A stretch of 64,000 nucleotides of DNA from Cyanophora paradoxa CCMP329 (GCA_004431415.1 QPMI01000514.1:1-64000), one strand, 5' to 3'. Counted from the stretch's first letter, positions 7,732 through 17,653 are shown. Notes: generated by a model from the sequence alone, not told the origin. Made by a program: numbers and translations.

Positions 7732-10660
7732 GACCGGGTTTCAAGGGATTATTAGGTGGTGTGTTTGGATCTGGATCAGTTGTAGGGGGATCTTTTGAAT
7801 CGGGATCTGGGTTAGGCTGGTTCGGATTGGGATCGTTTGGTGGCGGCTCTGTCGACCCTGCTAATGATGTCGGCGCTGTGTATGCATTTGCAAACACGAT
7901 GGGAGCCGTCGCTGGATTTCCTGTGGAGGATCCTGAGATTGCACCATAGGTATCTGACAGATATTTATATAATTCCTTTGTTACAGGCGGATTGCTCACA
8001 GATCGGCACACCCAAATATTGCATGTGGTATCATAGACTGTGTCCCTAATAAAGGGAGGTAGAGCCGTCCCACTGAATGACTCAAAGAATCCATTTCTCG
8101 ATAGTAACCTGTGGGCTGCATCACAGTTTCCACCCTCGAAATATTTGGTAGCCGAAATTGCACCTTGCACATAAATATTGCAAGTCGAGTGCATTCCGAT
8201 GCTATTTAGGTTGGGAGTGTATCTATCATCGAGCCGGACAGTGCACACCCATGGGGAAGCGGTTTTAATATATTTCTTATCGCCCACTTCGATTACATCT
8301 GTATTTGGGTGGCTGTCAAGCTGAGTCCAAACAGCATCATATCTGAAAGTGTAATAAACTAAGAGACCATCTGTGGACGATGTGAAAGCAAAGAAGGTCA
8401 TAAAGTCCGTGGATCCAAAGAAGTCAGCATTGGTCGATGTAAGGGTGACTCTGGGATAGCTCATATCCACAGTCTCAGAAGGGTATGGAATATATGAGGT
8501 GTAATTGCGATTGAAAAGATAATAGTGAAATCCATCTGAGACATTCGAGTGAGTGGGCAAGGTGACTGATAAGGTCTTACTTCGATTCTCAAACGTGTTC
8601 TGTATGACAATATTGCAAGTATTAATATATCGAGAATCGAAAAAGTAATTATTCGTTACTCGATTATCGATCAGAGTTGCATTGGTTCCATTAAATACGA
8701 AATTCTGCCCATTTATTCTCGTAGTATGGAGGTCGGTCACATCGAGAGGATACCTTATTTTCAAGCGGTCTTCGGGGTCAAATCGCGGAATAGTTCCTGT
8801 TGCCTTCCAATTGATAGTAAAGGGAGGAGAAAGGGACACAGGTGGGATCGCTGAAAGATTAAATTTCGCAAAATACAACCCAACAGGATATGCTGTAAGA
8901 GCATATGTCACTGTTGCATTTCCGACAAGTGTGAAGCCGGTGGTTGTTATGTTAGTTGCAACAAATGGGGAGTAGCCGGCTGGTGCATTGTTAATAGAGG
9001 TGGTCGACCCATTATTGATCACATACAAATTCGTGTCAGTTATTTCAATAGTAGGAGGGGAAACAAATGGTGTCTCAAATGTGAAATTAAAATTCGCTGG
9101 AACCGCTGCAAGGTATCTATATGTTGTTGCTGATATCTCGGATGCCTGGAATACTTTGCTTCCCCTCTGCACTACATTACTGGTGTCTTTCACATTGTGA
9201 TAGGATATACTGGGAGTCGGGGAGAGCACCAACGAAATAGCATCTGGTAAATCAGACTTTGTAATATACAGCTCTTTAAGATACTCCTTTCTAAAAGGCG
9301 CGGTCAATTCTCCAATAGTAGCGGATGATCCTGCGACAACAATATTACAGGTGTTTGCATTCAAAGTATAAACTGTGTTCCACCTTAAAGAATTCGCCCC
9401 AAGATCGAAATTCTGTGAGAAGGGCACGATATTGCTACCTTGTAAATCTCGGTAAACCTTTACTCTGGGTTTGCTATCGAATACAGGGCTAATGTAATTG
9501 ATGTTAAGAGTGAAACTAATAGTAGCTTCGGAACTCAATGAGTTGTTTCGGATGATAAGTAAATTGTATGTCTCGTTAATGACAAACGAAACCTGAAACC
9601 CTGTGGAGGTGACATTTTGAATAAATGCTTTATTAGATTCATTATTGTTAGTGATAGGATTATAATAAGTAGTGTGATCCACCAATGAAACAGTGGGTAT
9701 ATTCGTCTCGAAACCTGTGACACCCAACTGATCCCAAGTGAATGTATATGTAGGTTTGCCTACGTAAGCGACATAGACCCCATTTGCGAGCTGCTGAGGG
9801 TATCCCTCGACAGTGTAGGTCTCAGTTTGCGAAACCGAGCGGGAAAGGTTACTATTATAGTCGGTGTAGCTGATCAGTGCATTATCATTGGTAAGAATCT
9901 GATTAGGTCGGAGTGAGTGATTGAAAGGCAAGATTATGTTACTTGTTTTTGAGGTCGTGCTATAAAGGTTAGTCGTGTGCAAGTCATCAAACCACCCATC
10001 ATAGGCATACACATTGAGCCATTTCTTAACAGCATCAGTGTTAGATTGCCCGAGATTAAACTGATGATCGAGCAAAGGCACCAAATCGCGGGATAAATAC
10101 ATGATCGCATCAGTGATGGTGATAGCCCCTGTTAAAACAGCGAGCCCTGCCGTGTTTGCTGCGGTAGCAATTGATAAACCCGAGATTTCGAGATCCTGGG
10201 CTACATCTCGCTCGTTTCTGGTAAATCGTTCGCTATAAAACTCCTTTACAAGGTCGACCCCCATGACATCAATTAAATGCGGTCGAGTGAGGGTGATATT
10301 GCTTGTGATTCTCTGCGAATATTTAACAGGATCCCATTCGACGACAGCTGTCAGTGGGATGGGGCGGGCTTTATTGATTTCGTGCTGAAAGGTTCGCACT
10401 GCGGGGAAATTGCTGCCAAAGAATGCAACAGGTGAGCCCCCATGATATATTACGAGGGCTGAGTTATCAGTGCCATAGGTAAAAGGGAGATTGCTGGTGA
10501 TATCAATATATTCAAGGTTACTCTGATTTAATAGAAAGTCTTTTACCACAAGGTTCGAAGATATGGTCACATTGGAAGCGGTAATGTTACTGCTGAGCTC
10601 GAAACCGTCATCCAAATACAAGGTTTCCCGAGTGATAAAGGGGAGATTCGTGATACTCAT
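7685..10660 (-). CDS. Fibre-like structural protein, N-terminal part (991 aa)
   Basis: Thr/Asn/Ser-rich. Phage-fibre motifs LVPLLDHQFNLGQ..KWLNVY and IVPFSQNFDLGANSLRWNTVY. Internal lectin-like FTFETPFVSPPTI..NITTTGF..INWKATG. Pro/Asp/Asn linker at the end. Confidence 0.78.
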   Translation of the reverse strand: MSITNLPFITRETLYLDDGFELSSNITASNVTISSNLVVKDFLLNQSNLEYIDITSNLPFTYGTDNSALVIYHGGSPVAFFGSNFPAVRTFQHEINKARPIPLTAVVEWDPVKYSQRITSNITLTRPHLIDVMGVDLVKEFYSERFTRNERDVAQDLEISGLSIATAANTAGLAVLTGAITITDAIMYLSRDLVPLLDHQFNLGQSNTDAVKKWLNVYAYDGWFDDLHTTNLYSTTSKTSNIILPFNHSLRPNQILTNDNALISYTDYNSNLSRSVSQTETYTVEGYPQQLANGVYVAYVGKPTYTFTWDQLGVTGFETNIPTVSLVDHTTYYNPITNNNESNKAFIQNVTSTGFQVSFVINETYNLLIIRNNSLSSEATISFTLNINYISPVFDSKPRVKVYRDLQGSNIVPFSQNFDLGANSLRWNTVYTLNANTCNIVVAGSSATIGELTAPFRKEYLKELYITKSDLPDAISLVLSPTPSISYHNVKDTSNVVQRGSKVFQASEISATTYRYLAAVPANFNFTFETPFVSPPTIEITDTNLYVINNGSTTSINNAPAGYSPFVATNITTTGFTLVGNATVTYALTAYPVGLYFAKFNLSAIPPVSLSPPFTINWKATGTIPRFDPEDRLKIRYPLDVTDLHTTRINGQNFVFNGTNATLIDNRVTNNYFFDSRYINTCNIVIQNTFENRSKTLSVTLPTHSNVSDGFHYYLFNRNYTSYIPYPSETVDMSYPRVTLTSTNADFFGSTDFMTFFAFTSSTDGLLVYYTFRYDAVWTQLDSHPNTDVIEVGDKKYIKTASPWVCTVRLDDRYTPNLNSIGMHSTCNIYVQGAISATKYFEGGNCDAAHRLLSRNGFFESFSGTALPPFIRDTVYDTTCNIWVCRSVSNPPVTKELYKYLSDTYGAISGSSTGNPATAPIVFANAYTAPTSLAGSTEPPPNDPNPNQPNPDPDSKDPPTTDPDPNTPPNNPLKPGRAYRCRIYIGRQHPN

Positions 10661-10678
10661 TTGTAATATAAGATTATT

Positions 10679-11653
10679 TTAACCCGATAGCACCTCTAAT
10701 ATAAAGCTGTGATTAACGCCATTAAAGTCGACTACATTATTGTAGGCATCGAGCCATTTAATTGTGAGGGTGTCTATATCATAAGCCTGATCGTGGGAAT
10801 TAAAGAACTCCACAGTATCGATTCTGCGGAATGTCAGGTAGTAAACAAACGATCCCAAGGGGCTGGTTAGTGGGATCTTAGCGAGGTTTGCATTTCCGCC
10901 CTCATCTGTCTTTGCTGCTACCATATACCTGTCGTAAAAGGGAGTAAACTCTTTAATTTGTAGGTAAACATAGGGGGTCGGATTTAGATTAATCGCATTT
11001 GGGAAGGTCACTACATGTTCGAGAGGGAATGGAAGCACAGATATTCCGGCGGGGTATTTTGTTTTGCCCTCATAGGCTTGTAGAAATGAGTATTTTGGAT
11101 TGCTGGGTGTGAGGGGTAAATAGTCTACCGTGAGATGCTCTGAACCCTCACCAACTGGAATTGTTTGATACATATCCCCTTTGATCATTCCATGGAACCT
11201 TGCAAAGTCGTCATGTGCACAGCTCAGTGCGAGGGGAATGCTCGAATAAAACGTAATTTTCATAGTCGCTGGATTATAGAGCCACTTGTAGTAGACTGTG
11301 ACGCTTTCGCTTGTGAGAGGGTTTACATCGACAAAGCTGCCCGAGTAGCCTAAGTTCTTATTACCATATCCCCAAATCGCGGGGGTGTAGTTCCCAATAT
11401 CAGGGAAAGGGGAAAAGGTGATGCTGTTCGTCATTCCCTGTATGGTCACGCCTCTGGAATTATCGGTGACAGCATAAATCGTGTTTGGGAGCTCGGCGCT
11501 CGCAATGCGCACCCCTTTTACGTTCAGAAGTCGCTGAGAAAGCTTTACTGTATATTCTCCCGGGTGCCCTGCACTGCGCTCAATAGAATCGATATTAACA
11601 TTGACCCTCGTAAACTTGCCATTATAGAAATCGTTAACTGGCTTCCGAATCAT
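10679..11653 (-). CDS. Minor capsid protein (penton-like), copy 1 (324 aa)
   Basis: N-terminal VNIDSIER..YTVKL..LLNVKGVRIASAELPN and C-terminal YVYLQI..LAKIPL..IDTLTIKWLD..VDFNGVNHSFILEV match the single-jelly-roll penton pattern of PLVs and NCLDVs. Confidence 0.82.
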   Translation of the reverse strand: MIRKPVNDFYNGKFTRVNVNIDSIERSAGHPGEYTVKLSQRLLNVKGVRIASAELPNTIYAVTDNSRGVTIQGMTNSITFSPFPDIGNYTPAIWGYGNKNLGYSGSFVDVNPLTSESVTVYYKWLYNPATMKITFYSSIPLALSCAHDDFARFHGMIKGDMYQTIPVGEGSEHLTVDYLPLTPSNPKYSFLQAYEGKTKYPAGISVLPFPLEHVVTFPNAINLNPTPYVYLQIKEFTPFYDRYMVAAKTDEGGNANLAKIPLTSPLGSFVYYLTFRRIDTVEFFNSHDQAYDIDTLTIKWLDAYNNVVDFNGVNHSFILEVLSG

Positions 11654-11680
11654 TTTTATTTCCTATTAATAAAGAATAAA

Positions 11681-12967
11681 ATGCGCGAGTATCTCAGCAT
11701 CAGTAGCCGTGATCGATCAGAGGGCTCGGCTCATTCCTATAAGGTGACCCTTCCAAAGCAATACCACAATGTGAAGAGCATCGCTGTGCGACAGATCGAA
11801 TTTTCCAACACGATTCCCACGGTTCCAAGCCCTCAATTCTATACTGAGATCGGGGAAACGAAAGCCGATGATGCTAATACGATTTTCATATCATTTCCTT
11901 ACCGATTTTCGAGCGGTCAGCTGAATGGTGCCACTCAGGAAATCAGAGATTCACAGGCAACTGCAATATATGACGCTTACAAAGCCATAGATGCTGGCGA
12001 CCAAGGCAACTATATACCGCCTGATTACCTAAACACTTTCAGAAGATATACCCGATACAGAGACGTAGCAATTACGATCCCTCCGGGCACATACTCGACT
12101 GGAACCGACCTTGCCACTGCAATCGATAACATCTTAACGAAAAATGGAACTGGCAACTACATCAAGGATATGATCGACACAAAAATTAATCCAAGCTACG
12201 CATCGACAGGGGGAACCTTTTACCCGGTGGTGAGATGTCGTTTTGAGAGCACATTAAATGCTATATGCTTTTATTCGAGTGATTATGTCTACATAGCTTT
12301 CACGAAATATGGACCGAGTAATGCCACTGGGTCTACTGCGAATGAAAGAAAGGTGCTCGCCTATCGCACGATGACTCTTCTCGGGTTTACATCGATCAGA
12401 GAGAATATAGTGATAGATCAATACAACGGATCGGGCTATACAGCCTTTGCTGGGAGTGGTGTCGTTTACTCAGCTGGTGATGCATTCCGCAATTATAATT
12501 CGACGGCTCTGGTCTTAGGCATAGCCGGAGGCACTGCCCCTGATTATACACCGGATAATGCAATAGTTTTAAAGATCACAGAGCCGGACTGCTCGCTTTT
12601 TACGACATGCACCGAGGCTACTAATGGATTCCTCGCTAAGATCCCGATTTCGAAAGGCACAGCCTATGCGGATGCTGAGCTAATTAATTATGGGGCGGAT
12701 GCTTTCACGAAATACTTTAACACCCGCCTCTCGTTTGATAGTTTAACCGTTCAAATTCTCACGGAGAGCGGTTATAGGTATTTCCTCGGAAGCTGTGAGC
12801 ACACATTCATTTTGGAAATTACTATGGGAGTGGATGAGCCCGACGACGATTTACAGCGCATTGTTAATAAGGGATTCGCGAAAATGCTATATGAGGACTA
12901 CCCGCATTGCGGCAATTTAACGAATGCGTTGAGCGGGGTGGCTGTAAAAAATAATCCGTTCTTCTAA
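11681..12967 (+). CDS. Minor capsid protein (penton-like), copy 2 (428 aa from ATG 11681)
   Basis: MREYLSISSRDR..YKVTLPKQYHNVKSIAVRQIEFSN..LAKIPI..SLTVQIL..EHTFILEI, homologous to copy 1. Confidence 0.8.
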   Translation: MREYLSISSRDRSEGSAHSYKVTLPKQYHNVKSIAVRQIEFSNTIPTVPSPQFYTEIGETKADDANTIFISFPYRFSSGQLNGATQEIRDSQATAIYDAYKAIDAGDQGNYIPPDYLNTFRRYTRYRDVAITIPPGTYSTGTDLATAIDNILTKNGTGNYIKDMIDTKINPSYASTGGTFYPVVRCRFESTLNAICFYSSDYVYIAFTKYGPSNATGSTANERKVLAYRTMTLLGFTSIRENIVIDQYNGSGYTAFAGSGVVYSAGDAFRNYNSTALVLGIAGGTAPDYTPDNAIVLKITEPDCSLFTTCTEATNGFLAKIPISKGTAYADAELINYGADAFTKYFNTRLSFDSLTVQILTESGYRYFLGSCEHTFILEITMGVDEPDDDLQRIVNKGFAKMLYEDYPHCGNLTNALSGVAVKNNPFF

Positions 12968-13000
12968 AATAAATTTCTCAGCGGAAGATAAAAACGAAAT

Positions 13001-14449
13001 ATGGATCCCACGACCTCGCTTAGCCGCCTCACGCTCAAATCCGTCCTGGAAACCCCGGAGGACTACAAGAGCATGCTTTTGGATCGCGGATTTATCGTAG
13101 GTGTGGACAAACAATTCAAGCCTTCTCGTGTGGAGGTGCTTCCAATTGCGGATCCCGGCAATCTGTTCTCCTCTACTGGTGCTACCACTCGTGTGGTCTT
13201 CTATCTCCCTCGCTACAATTGGTGCAATGGTATTAGCCTCCAAGTTACCATTCCGTCGGCGAAGGCGCTGACTGCCATCGCCAAGACCTCGGCTGACTGC
13301 TCGGCTGATCTATTCAATACTGGATTCGTCCGCGGGCTTCCTGGCTCGTTTGTTCAGCGAGTCAGCATTAAATACGGGTCGTATGAGCAAATTATTCCGG
13401 CTGAGCGCCTGGTAGATTACGCTTTCCTCGCTAACACTCCGGCTGAATTCGACCAAAAGAAGCGCAAGCATGGGCTGCATCTCGGACCGAAGGTAGAGGG
13501 CGGCAACCAAGCTGGCGGCATTTTTACCATGCGAATTCCGAGCTTCCTCGATGCTGGCGTGCCCATCGGTGCGCTCCCATCCGAAATCGCGGTCGAAGTA
13601 TATTTCCAAACCCCTGCGCTGCTCGAAACTGCGGCGGTTCCTGGCGTTTACGCTCAGAATAACACGACTGCAATTACTGCTGCCAATTCTACTGATGGCG
13701 AGACGACGCTTGCTGTTGCGGCTGCTTTCGGAAATATTAAGACCTTAGCTCACCCTAATGCCACTGCGATTTTCGATAGTGCGGCTCTCACACCTACACC
13801 TGCTCTTGCAAATCTGGAAATGACGACCCCTCGTCTTATTATGGATGCTGTTAACATCGATGAGGAAACGATGGGCGAAATCATTACTCGTGTTAAGACC
13901 TCTGGCATCGCCATCCCCTACACTGATATTCAGTTTGCGGATTATACCGGTCTTGCTCTCGGCTCCGGTCTCCGCCTGTCACTATCTCAAATTTCGGGAC
14001 TCGTTTACGCACTTGTTGTCAAGGTTCGCGACGAAAACACACTGGGCGATAATAAAGGAGGGCACTCTACTGTCCGCACCCTTGCCTTCGATGATAATGT
14101 CGTGATGCAAGTTCTAAATAACAACAATTACCTATATTCTAACACTGGTGTCCCGCTGCAATCCGCGGCTATGGAGCTCGCCGATAAATTCAAGATGACC
14201 AACTGGATCGATAGCAACAAGCGCCCCATTTACACTGGCTTCTGCTTTGCTCTCGATGGTAAAGCGGCGCTCAAAGGTGAGAAGGCGACTGGCTACGTCG
14301 ATCTAACTCAATCAGCTTCAAGTTTCCTGCTGCTCACACCCAATGGCACACCCCTCGCCACCTGGACAAAGGTCGGTGTTCAGATCTCGGCTTACTGCCA
14401 CAATATTCTTGTGATGAATGCCAATGGATTATCGCGCGTGACGGCATGA
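13001..14449 (+). CDS. Putative major capsid protein (double jelly-roll, 482 aa)
   Basis: Inferred from size, beta-strand-rich composition, position between penton and packaging ATPase, strong codon bias and a capsid-like C-terminus (ISAYCHNILVMNANG). No diagnostic motif. Confidence 0.75.
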   Translation: MDPTTSLSRLTLKSVLETPEDYKSMLLDRGFIVGVDKQFKPSRVEVLPIADPGNLFSSTGATTRVVFYLPRYNWCNGISLQVTIPSAKALTAIAKTSADCSADLFNTGFVRGLPGSFVQRVSIKYGSYEQIIPAERLVDYAFLANTPAEFDQKKRKHGLHLGPKVEGGNQAGGIFTMRIPSFLDAGVPIGALPSEIAVEVYFQTPALLETAAVPGVYAQNNTTAITAANSTDGETTLAVAAAFGNIKTLAHPNATAIFDSAALTPTPALANLEMTTPRLIMDAVNIDEETMGEIITRVKTSGIAIPYTDIQFADYTGLALGSGLRLSLSQISGLVYALVVKVRDENTLGDNKGGHSTVRTLAFDDNVVMQVLNNNNYLYSNTGVPLQSAAMELADKFKMTNWIDSNKRPIYTGFCFALDGKAALKGEKATGYVDLTQSASSFLLLTPNGTPLATWTKVGVQISAYCHNILVMNANGLSRVTA

Positions 14450-14523
14450 GGACTGTCGCGGGCAAAATTTGATGTCATTTTTAATCCTTTGTCTATTTAA
14501 GGACAAGACGATTATAAGATTTA

Positions 14524-15246
14524 ATGGCGTATCTCGAACAAATGGAAGGGATCAGGCGAATCGCTTTGTGTGGAAAGCATGGCGAGGGCAAGTATGCGCT
14601 TATAGATGAAGCCGATTATGATCATGTCATGAAAATAAGCAAGTGGTATTACCATAACCAACGGGGATATGCATGGGGTTACATTGCTGGTGTAAAGAAA
14701 AACATCGACATGCACAAATGGATTTTCGGACATCAAGAAGGGCACTTTGTTGATCATATCAGTAGAGACAAACTCGATAATCGTCGCTGTAATCTTAGAT
14801 TCTTAACACCGCAAGACAGCGTATTTAATACGGGTATGAGAAAAAGAAACAAAACTGGTTTCAAAGGTGTTTGCCAAGAGAAAAGAACCGGTCGGTTCAG
14901 GGCAAGTATTCAAAAAAGTAGTGTCCCATACAATTTGGGGACGTTTGATACAAAAGAAGAAGCTGCTGCCGCTTACAACCAAAAAGCAAAAGAGCTATTT
15001 GGAGATCTTGCTGTTTTGAATGAGGTAAACCCTGAAATTAAACCAAAACCTCCTCTTTACTCACTGAATACAAGTGGATTTCGTGGTGTGACTGAAACAG
15101 CGACTGGAAAATGGGAAGGATGCTTTTCATATAAGAAACAGCGGTGGCGAAAAGTGTGCAACACAAAGGAGGAGGCTGCACTTTTCTACAACTCAAAAGC
15201 CAAAGAAATTCTCGGTGATAAAGCGATCCTCAATGATGTTGAGTAA
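14524..15246 (+). CDS. HNH endonuclease with two AP2 DNA-binding domains
   Basis: VDHISRDKLDNRRCNLR (HNH). NKTGFKGV..FRASI..LGTFDTKEEAAAAYN and NTSGFRGV..TKEEAALFYN (two AP2 domains). Confidence 0.93.
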   Translation: MAYLEQMEGIRRIALCGKHGEGKYALIDEADYDHVMKISKWYYHNQRGYAWGYIAGVKKNIDMHKWIFGHQEGHFVDHISRDKLDNRRCNLRFLTPQDSVFNTGMRKRNKTGFKGVCQEKRTGRFRASIQKSSVPYNLGTFDTKEEAAAAYNQKAKELFGDLAVLNEVNPEIKPKPPLYSLNTSGFRGVTETATGKWEGCFSYKKQRWRKVCNTKEEAALFYNSKAKEILGDKAILNDVE

Positions 15247-15303
15247 ATAGAGGGCTGTCGCGTTTCGTAATTTTTATTTTGTTTCTTATAAGGGAAAGCA
15301 AAT

Positions 15304-16227
15304 ATGACTGGAAACGTGAGTATAGAAGATCTTGCGGAATTCGACCCGGCAAGTCTTTCATTCCCTTGCCGTTTACTTGCTGTCGGAAAAACGGGAGTAG
15401 GTAAGTCAGTATTCTTAAAATACCTGCTTTACCACAACGAGGACAAGATAGATTCGGTGATGATATTCGCTTCCACGATCTGGAACCATCAATATGACAA
15501 TGTCACATCGTATTTGTATGAGGATTTCGATCATAAGCTGATCGACAATATAATACAGAAACGCAAGGAGCGAATCAAGAAAAAGGAGAAAGTCGGTAAC
15601 CTGTTAATCATACTCGATGATTTCATTGACAATCCAAGTCTTTCGATGTCAGGAAGAGGTGAACCTATATTAAATCAGCTATTCACGTCGGGGCGCCATT
15701 TATTCATATCTGTGTGGATTCTGTCACAAAAACTCACTAAGATTTCGCCGACACTTAGGGTTAACTCCGAATATATCTTTCTATTCTCGCTGCCCAACAG
15801 AAAAGAGATGGAGAGTGCTGAGGACGAGTTTAATCCATACGAAAAGCATTGGTTTGAGAAGGTAATGAACGAATACAGTCACAGCTATCAGGTTATCTGC
15901 ATTGACAACTCGAAATATAGCCTGGAATTCTCTGTGGGCAAGGCTGATCCGGTGCCTGACGAATATAAATTCAAGCGGTTCTTTAAAAAAGCGGTGGAAG
16001 AGATAAAGCCCGCTGGTAAACAGCCGGTAAAACAGAGCTCCACAGAGGTAAATGGCGACCAACCCCAAACCACCGATATAACGAAACCTGTGAGTGGAAA
16101 CGTCGCAACCTTAAAGCGATCCACCAAAAGGATAATCGAAGCCGACCTACTTAAAGACCCCAATCTATTGCTGGCATACCAAGAAAAGCGCCGCCCAAAA
16201 TTTGCGAAAAAATTGGGTAAATTTTGA
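15304..16227 (+). CDS. A32-like (FtsK/HerA) genome-packaging ATPase
   Basis: Walker A GKTGVGKS, Walker B LLIILDD, LFTSGRH and SQ..ISPTLRVN motifs. Confidence 0.93.
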   Translation: MTGNVSIEDLAEFDPASLSFPCRLLAVGKTGVGKSVFLKYLLYHNEDKIDSVMIFASTIWNHQYDNVTSYLYEDFDHKLIDNIIQKRKERIKKKEKVGNLLIILDDFIDNPSLSMSGRGEPILNQLFTSGRHLFISVWILSQKLTKISPTLRVNSEYIFLFSLPNRKEMESAEDEFNPYEKHWFEKVMNEYSHSYQVICIDNSKYSLEFSVGKADPVPDEYKFKRFFKKAVEEIKPAGKQPVKQSSTEVNGDQPQTTDITKPVSGNVATLKRSTKRIIEADLLKDPNLLLAYQEKRRPKFAKKLGKF

Positions 16228-16250
16228 ATAAATTTCTCGCATAATGATAA

Positions 16251-16922
16251 ATGCCACCCAAGAACTCGCGGAAAGCGATCCAAATGGAAGATCAAAGCGC
16301 TGTTGTCGCTGGCAAGATTAATCCTGCGGAGGATGCTGGTCGCACTGGCGGTGCTGCCGCTTCTGATCAAATAGATTTCGATCTGATTGACCCGAATACA
16401 AAGGTTTCAGAGCGTGCTCAAAAGGTGGATGCTAAGCGGGAGCCGGTCGATTCCACTGATAGAAAGCTGGCGGATCAATCCCTCGCTGAATCACAGCTCA
16501 CAGGCGAAAAGCTAACCGATAATAAGGTGGTAAAAGCCGAAGCAACAGCCGCTTTACCTGCATCGATGGAAGCCCCTAAAAAGCGGGCATCAGTATATGT
16601 GACCAAGGGCGAGAAAGTCGGTCAGGAATTAGAGGAGAAGTTTAGGGCGCTCGAAGCGCGACTGGCTACCTACGACACTACTGTGAGAGCCTTTGATGAT
16701 TTCACTAAGGAATACAAACAGCGCAAGCTGATTAAACAGGCTGTTCGCGTGGAAATGGAAAAGAAGCGGGCGACTGTTCCCGATGTTCAGACAGTCGAAA
16801 GAAAAGAGACAGTCATAGCTGAAAATGCACCAAAGCCGGGCGGTTTCGTTAACCCATCGGGTGTGCATGCACAGCCGGGTGCCAATCTGTCATCTATGTT
16901 TGGTGGGCGTCGTCGCTTCTAA
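16251..16922 (+). CDS. Hypothetical viral protein, charged coiled-coil (223 aa)
   Basis: Clean ATG ORF in tandem with the ATPase, preceded by an AATTTCTC...TAAATG motif. Confidence 0.72.
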   Translation: MPPKNSRKAIQMEDQSAVVAGKINPAEDAGRTGGAAASDQIDFDLIDPNTKVSERAQKVDAKREPVDSTDRKLADQSLAESQLTGEKLTDNKVVKAEATAALPASMEAPKKRASVYVTKGEKVGQELEEKFRALEARLATYDTTVRAFDDFTKEYKQRKLIKQAVRVEMEKKRATVPDVQTVERKETVIAENAPKPGGFVNPSGVHAQPGANLSSMFGGRRRF

Positions 16923-17133
16923 TGTGCAAATCGTTCAAACATAAATGAATCCGCCCGTATTTAGAGCGGGTCTTAATATGAATTCCCTTGCAAAAGGGAC
17001 AGGTCGGCTCCACAAACACCATTATAAGGTCGACTAATTCGTATGGGAACACGCGAGCAAGTAACACCCTCATTCCCTTTTCTTTTCTCCAATATTTAAT
17101 ACGTTGTGCAATATTAGGGTCGATGAATTTCAT
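16894..17133 (-). CDS. Possible small protein with CxxC..H motif
   Basis: MKFIDPNIAQRIKYW...CPFCKGIH. Overlaps the end of the previous gene; may be spurious. Confidence 0.3.
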   Translation of the reverse strand: MKFIDPNIAQRIKYWRKEKGMRVLLARVFPYELVDLIMVFVEPTCPFCKGIHIKTRSKYGRIHLCLNDLHIRSDDAHQT

Positions 17134-17149
17134 CACACAATGCATTGAG

Positions 17150-17470
17150 ATGTTTCACCTGCATTTCACAAGCACGTGCCACAACTCCTGCTGCGACACA
17201 ACCGTAGAGGTTGACATTTCGGACGAGGATAATGGAGGTAGGCGATTATCTGTATATTCCAACCACAGCGAAAATCACGAACTCCCACGATCTCGAACGC
17301 CCTCGCCTGTGCCCGCTGACTCCAATATAATCCCACAGACAGCAATAGAAGACGTGCAAGTATCCTATATACGGCGCCGGTCGTGCCCTAATTTCGTAGA
17401 AGGTCATATTCGCGTTGATTCGCCATATCCGCCAATTAATCCGCTTTATTTGGGCGAATACGATCGCTGA
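17150..17470 (+). CDS. Hypothetical protein (106 aa)
   Basis: ATG 17150 lies in ORF 16988-17470 and fills the gap between genes. No recognisable motif. Confidence 0.45.
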   Translation: MFHLHFTSTCHNSCCDTTVEVDISDEDNGGRRLSVYSNHSENHELPRSRTPSPVPADSNIIPQTAIEDVQVSYIRRRSCPNFVEGHIRVDSPYPPINPLYLGEYDR

Positions 17471-17653
17471 AACAATTTTCGCGGTAAATAGTATCGAATG
17501 CCCGACCCTGATCTCTACGCGATCCTATACAGGAAACGCGCGCAATACGCATTGGAAGACGCTATTAAAAAACGTAGAGAAGAGCTCGCTTCGGTCACAA
17601 AAAATGACAGCTCAGAAAATGATTTAAAGAAGAAATAGCAAAGACCACTGATA

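Noticed and set aside
11564-11680. ORF-track 5' extensions of penton 2 (also 18038 for the helicase, 20686, and 25632 for the integrase)
   Set aside because: These are non-ATG starts that overlap the opposite gene or promoter motifs. The downstream ATGs (11681, 18089, 20710, 25671) fit homology and motif spacing better.
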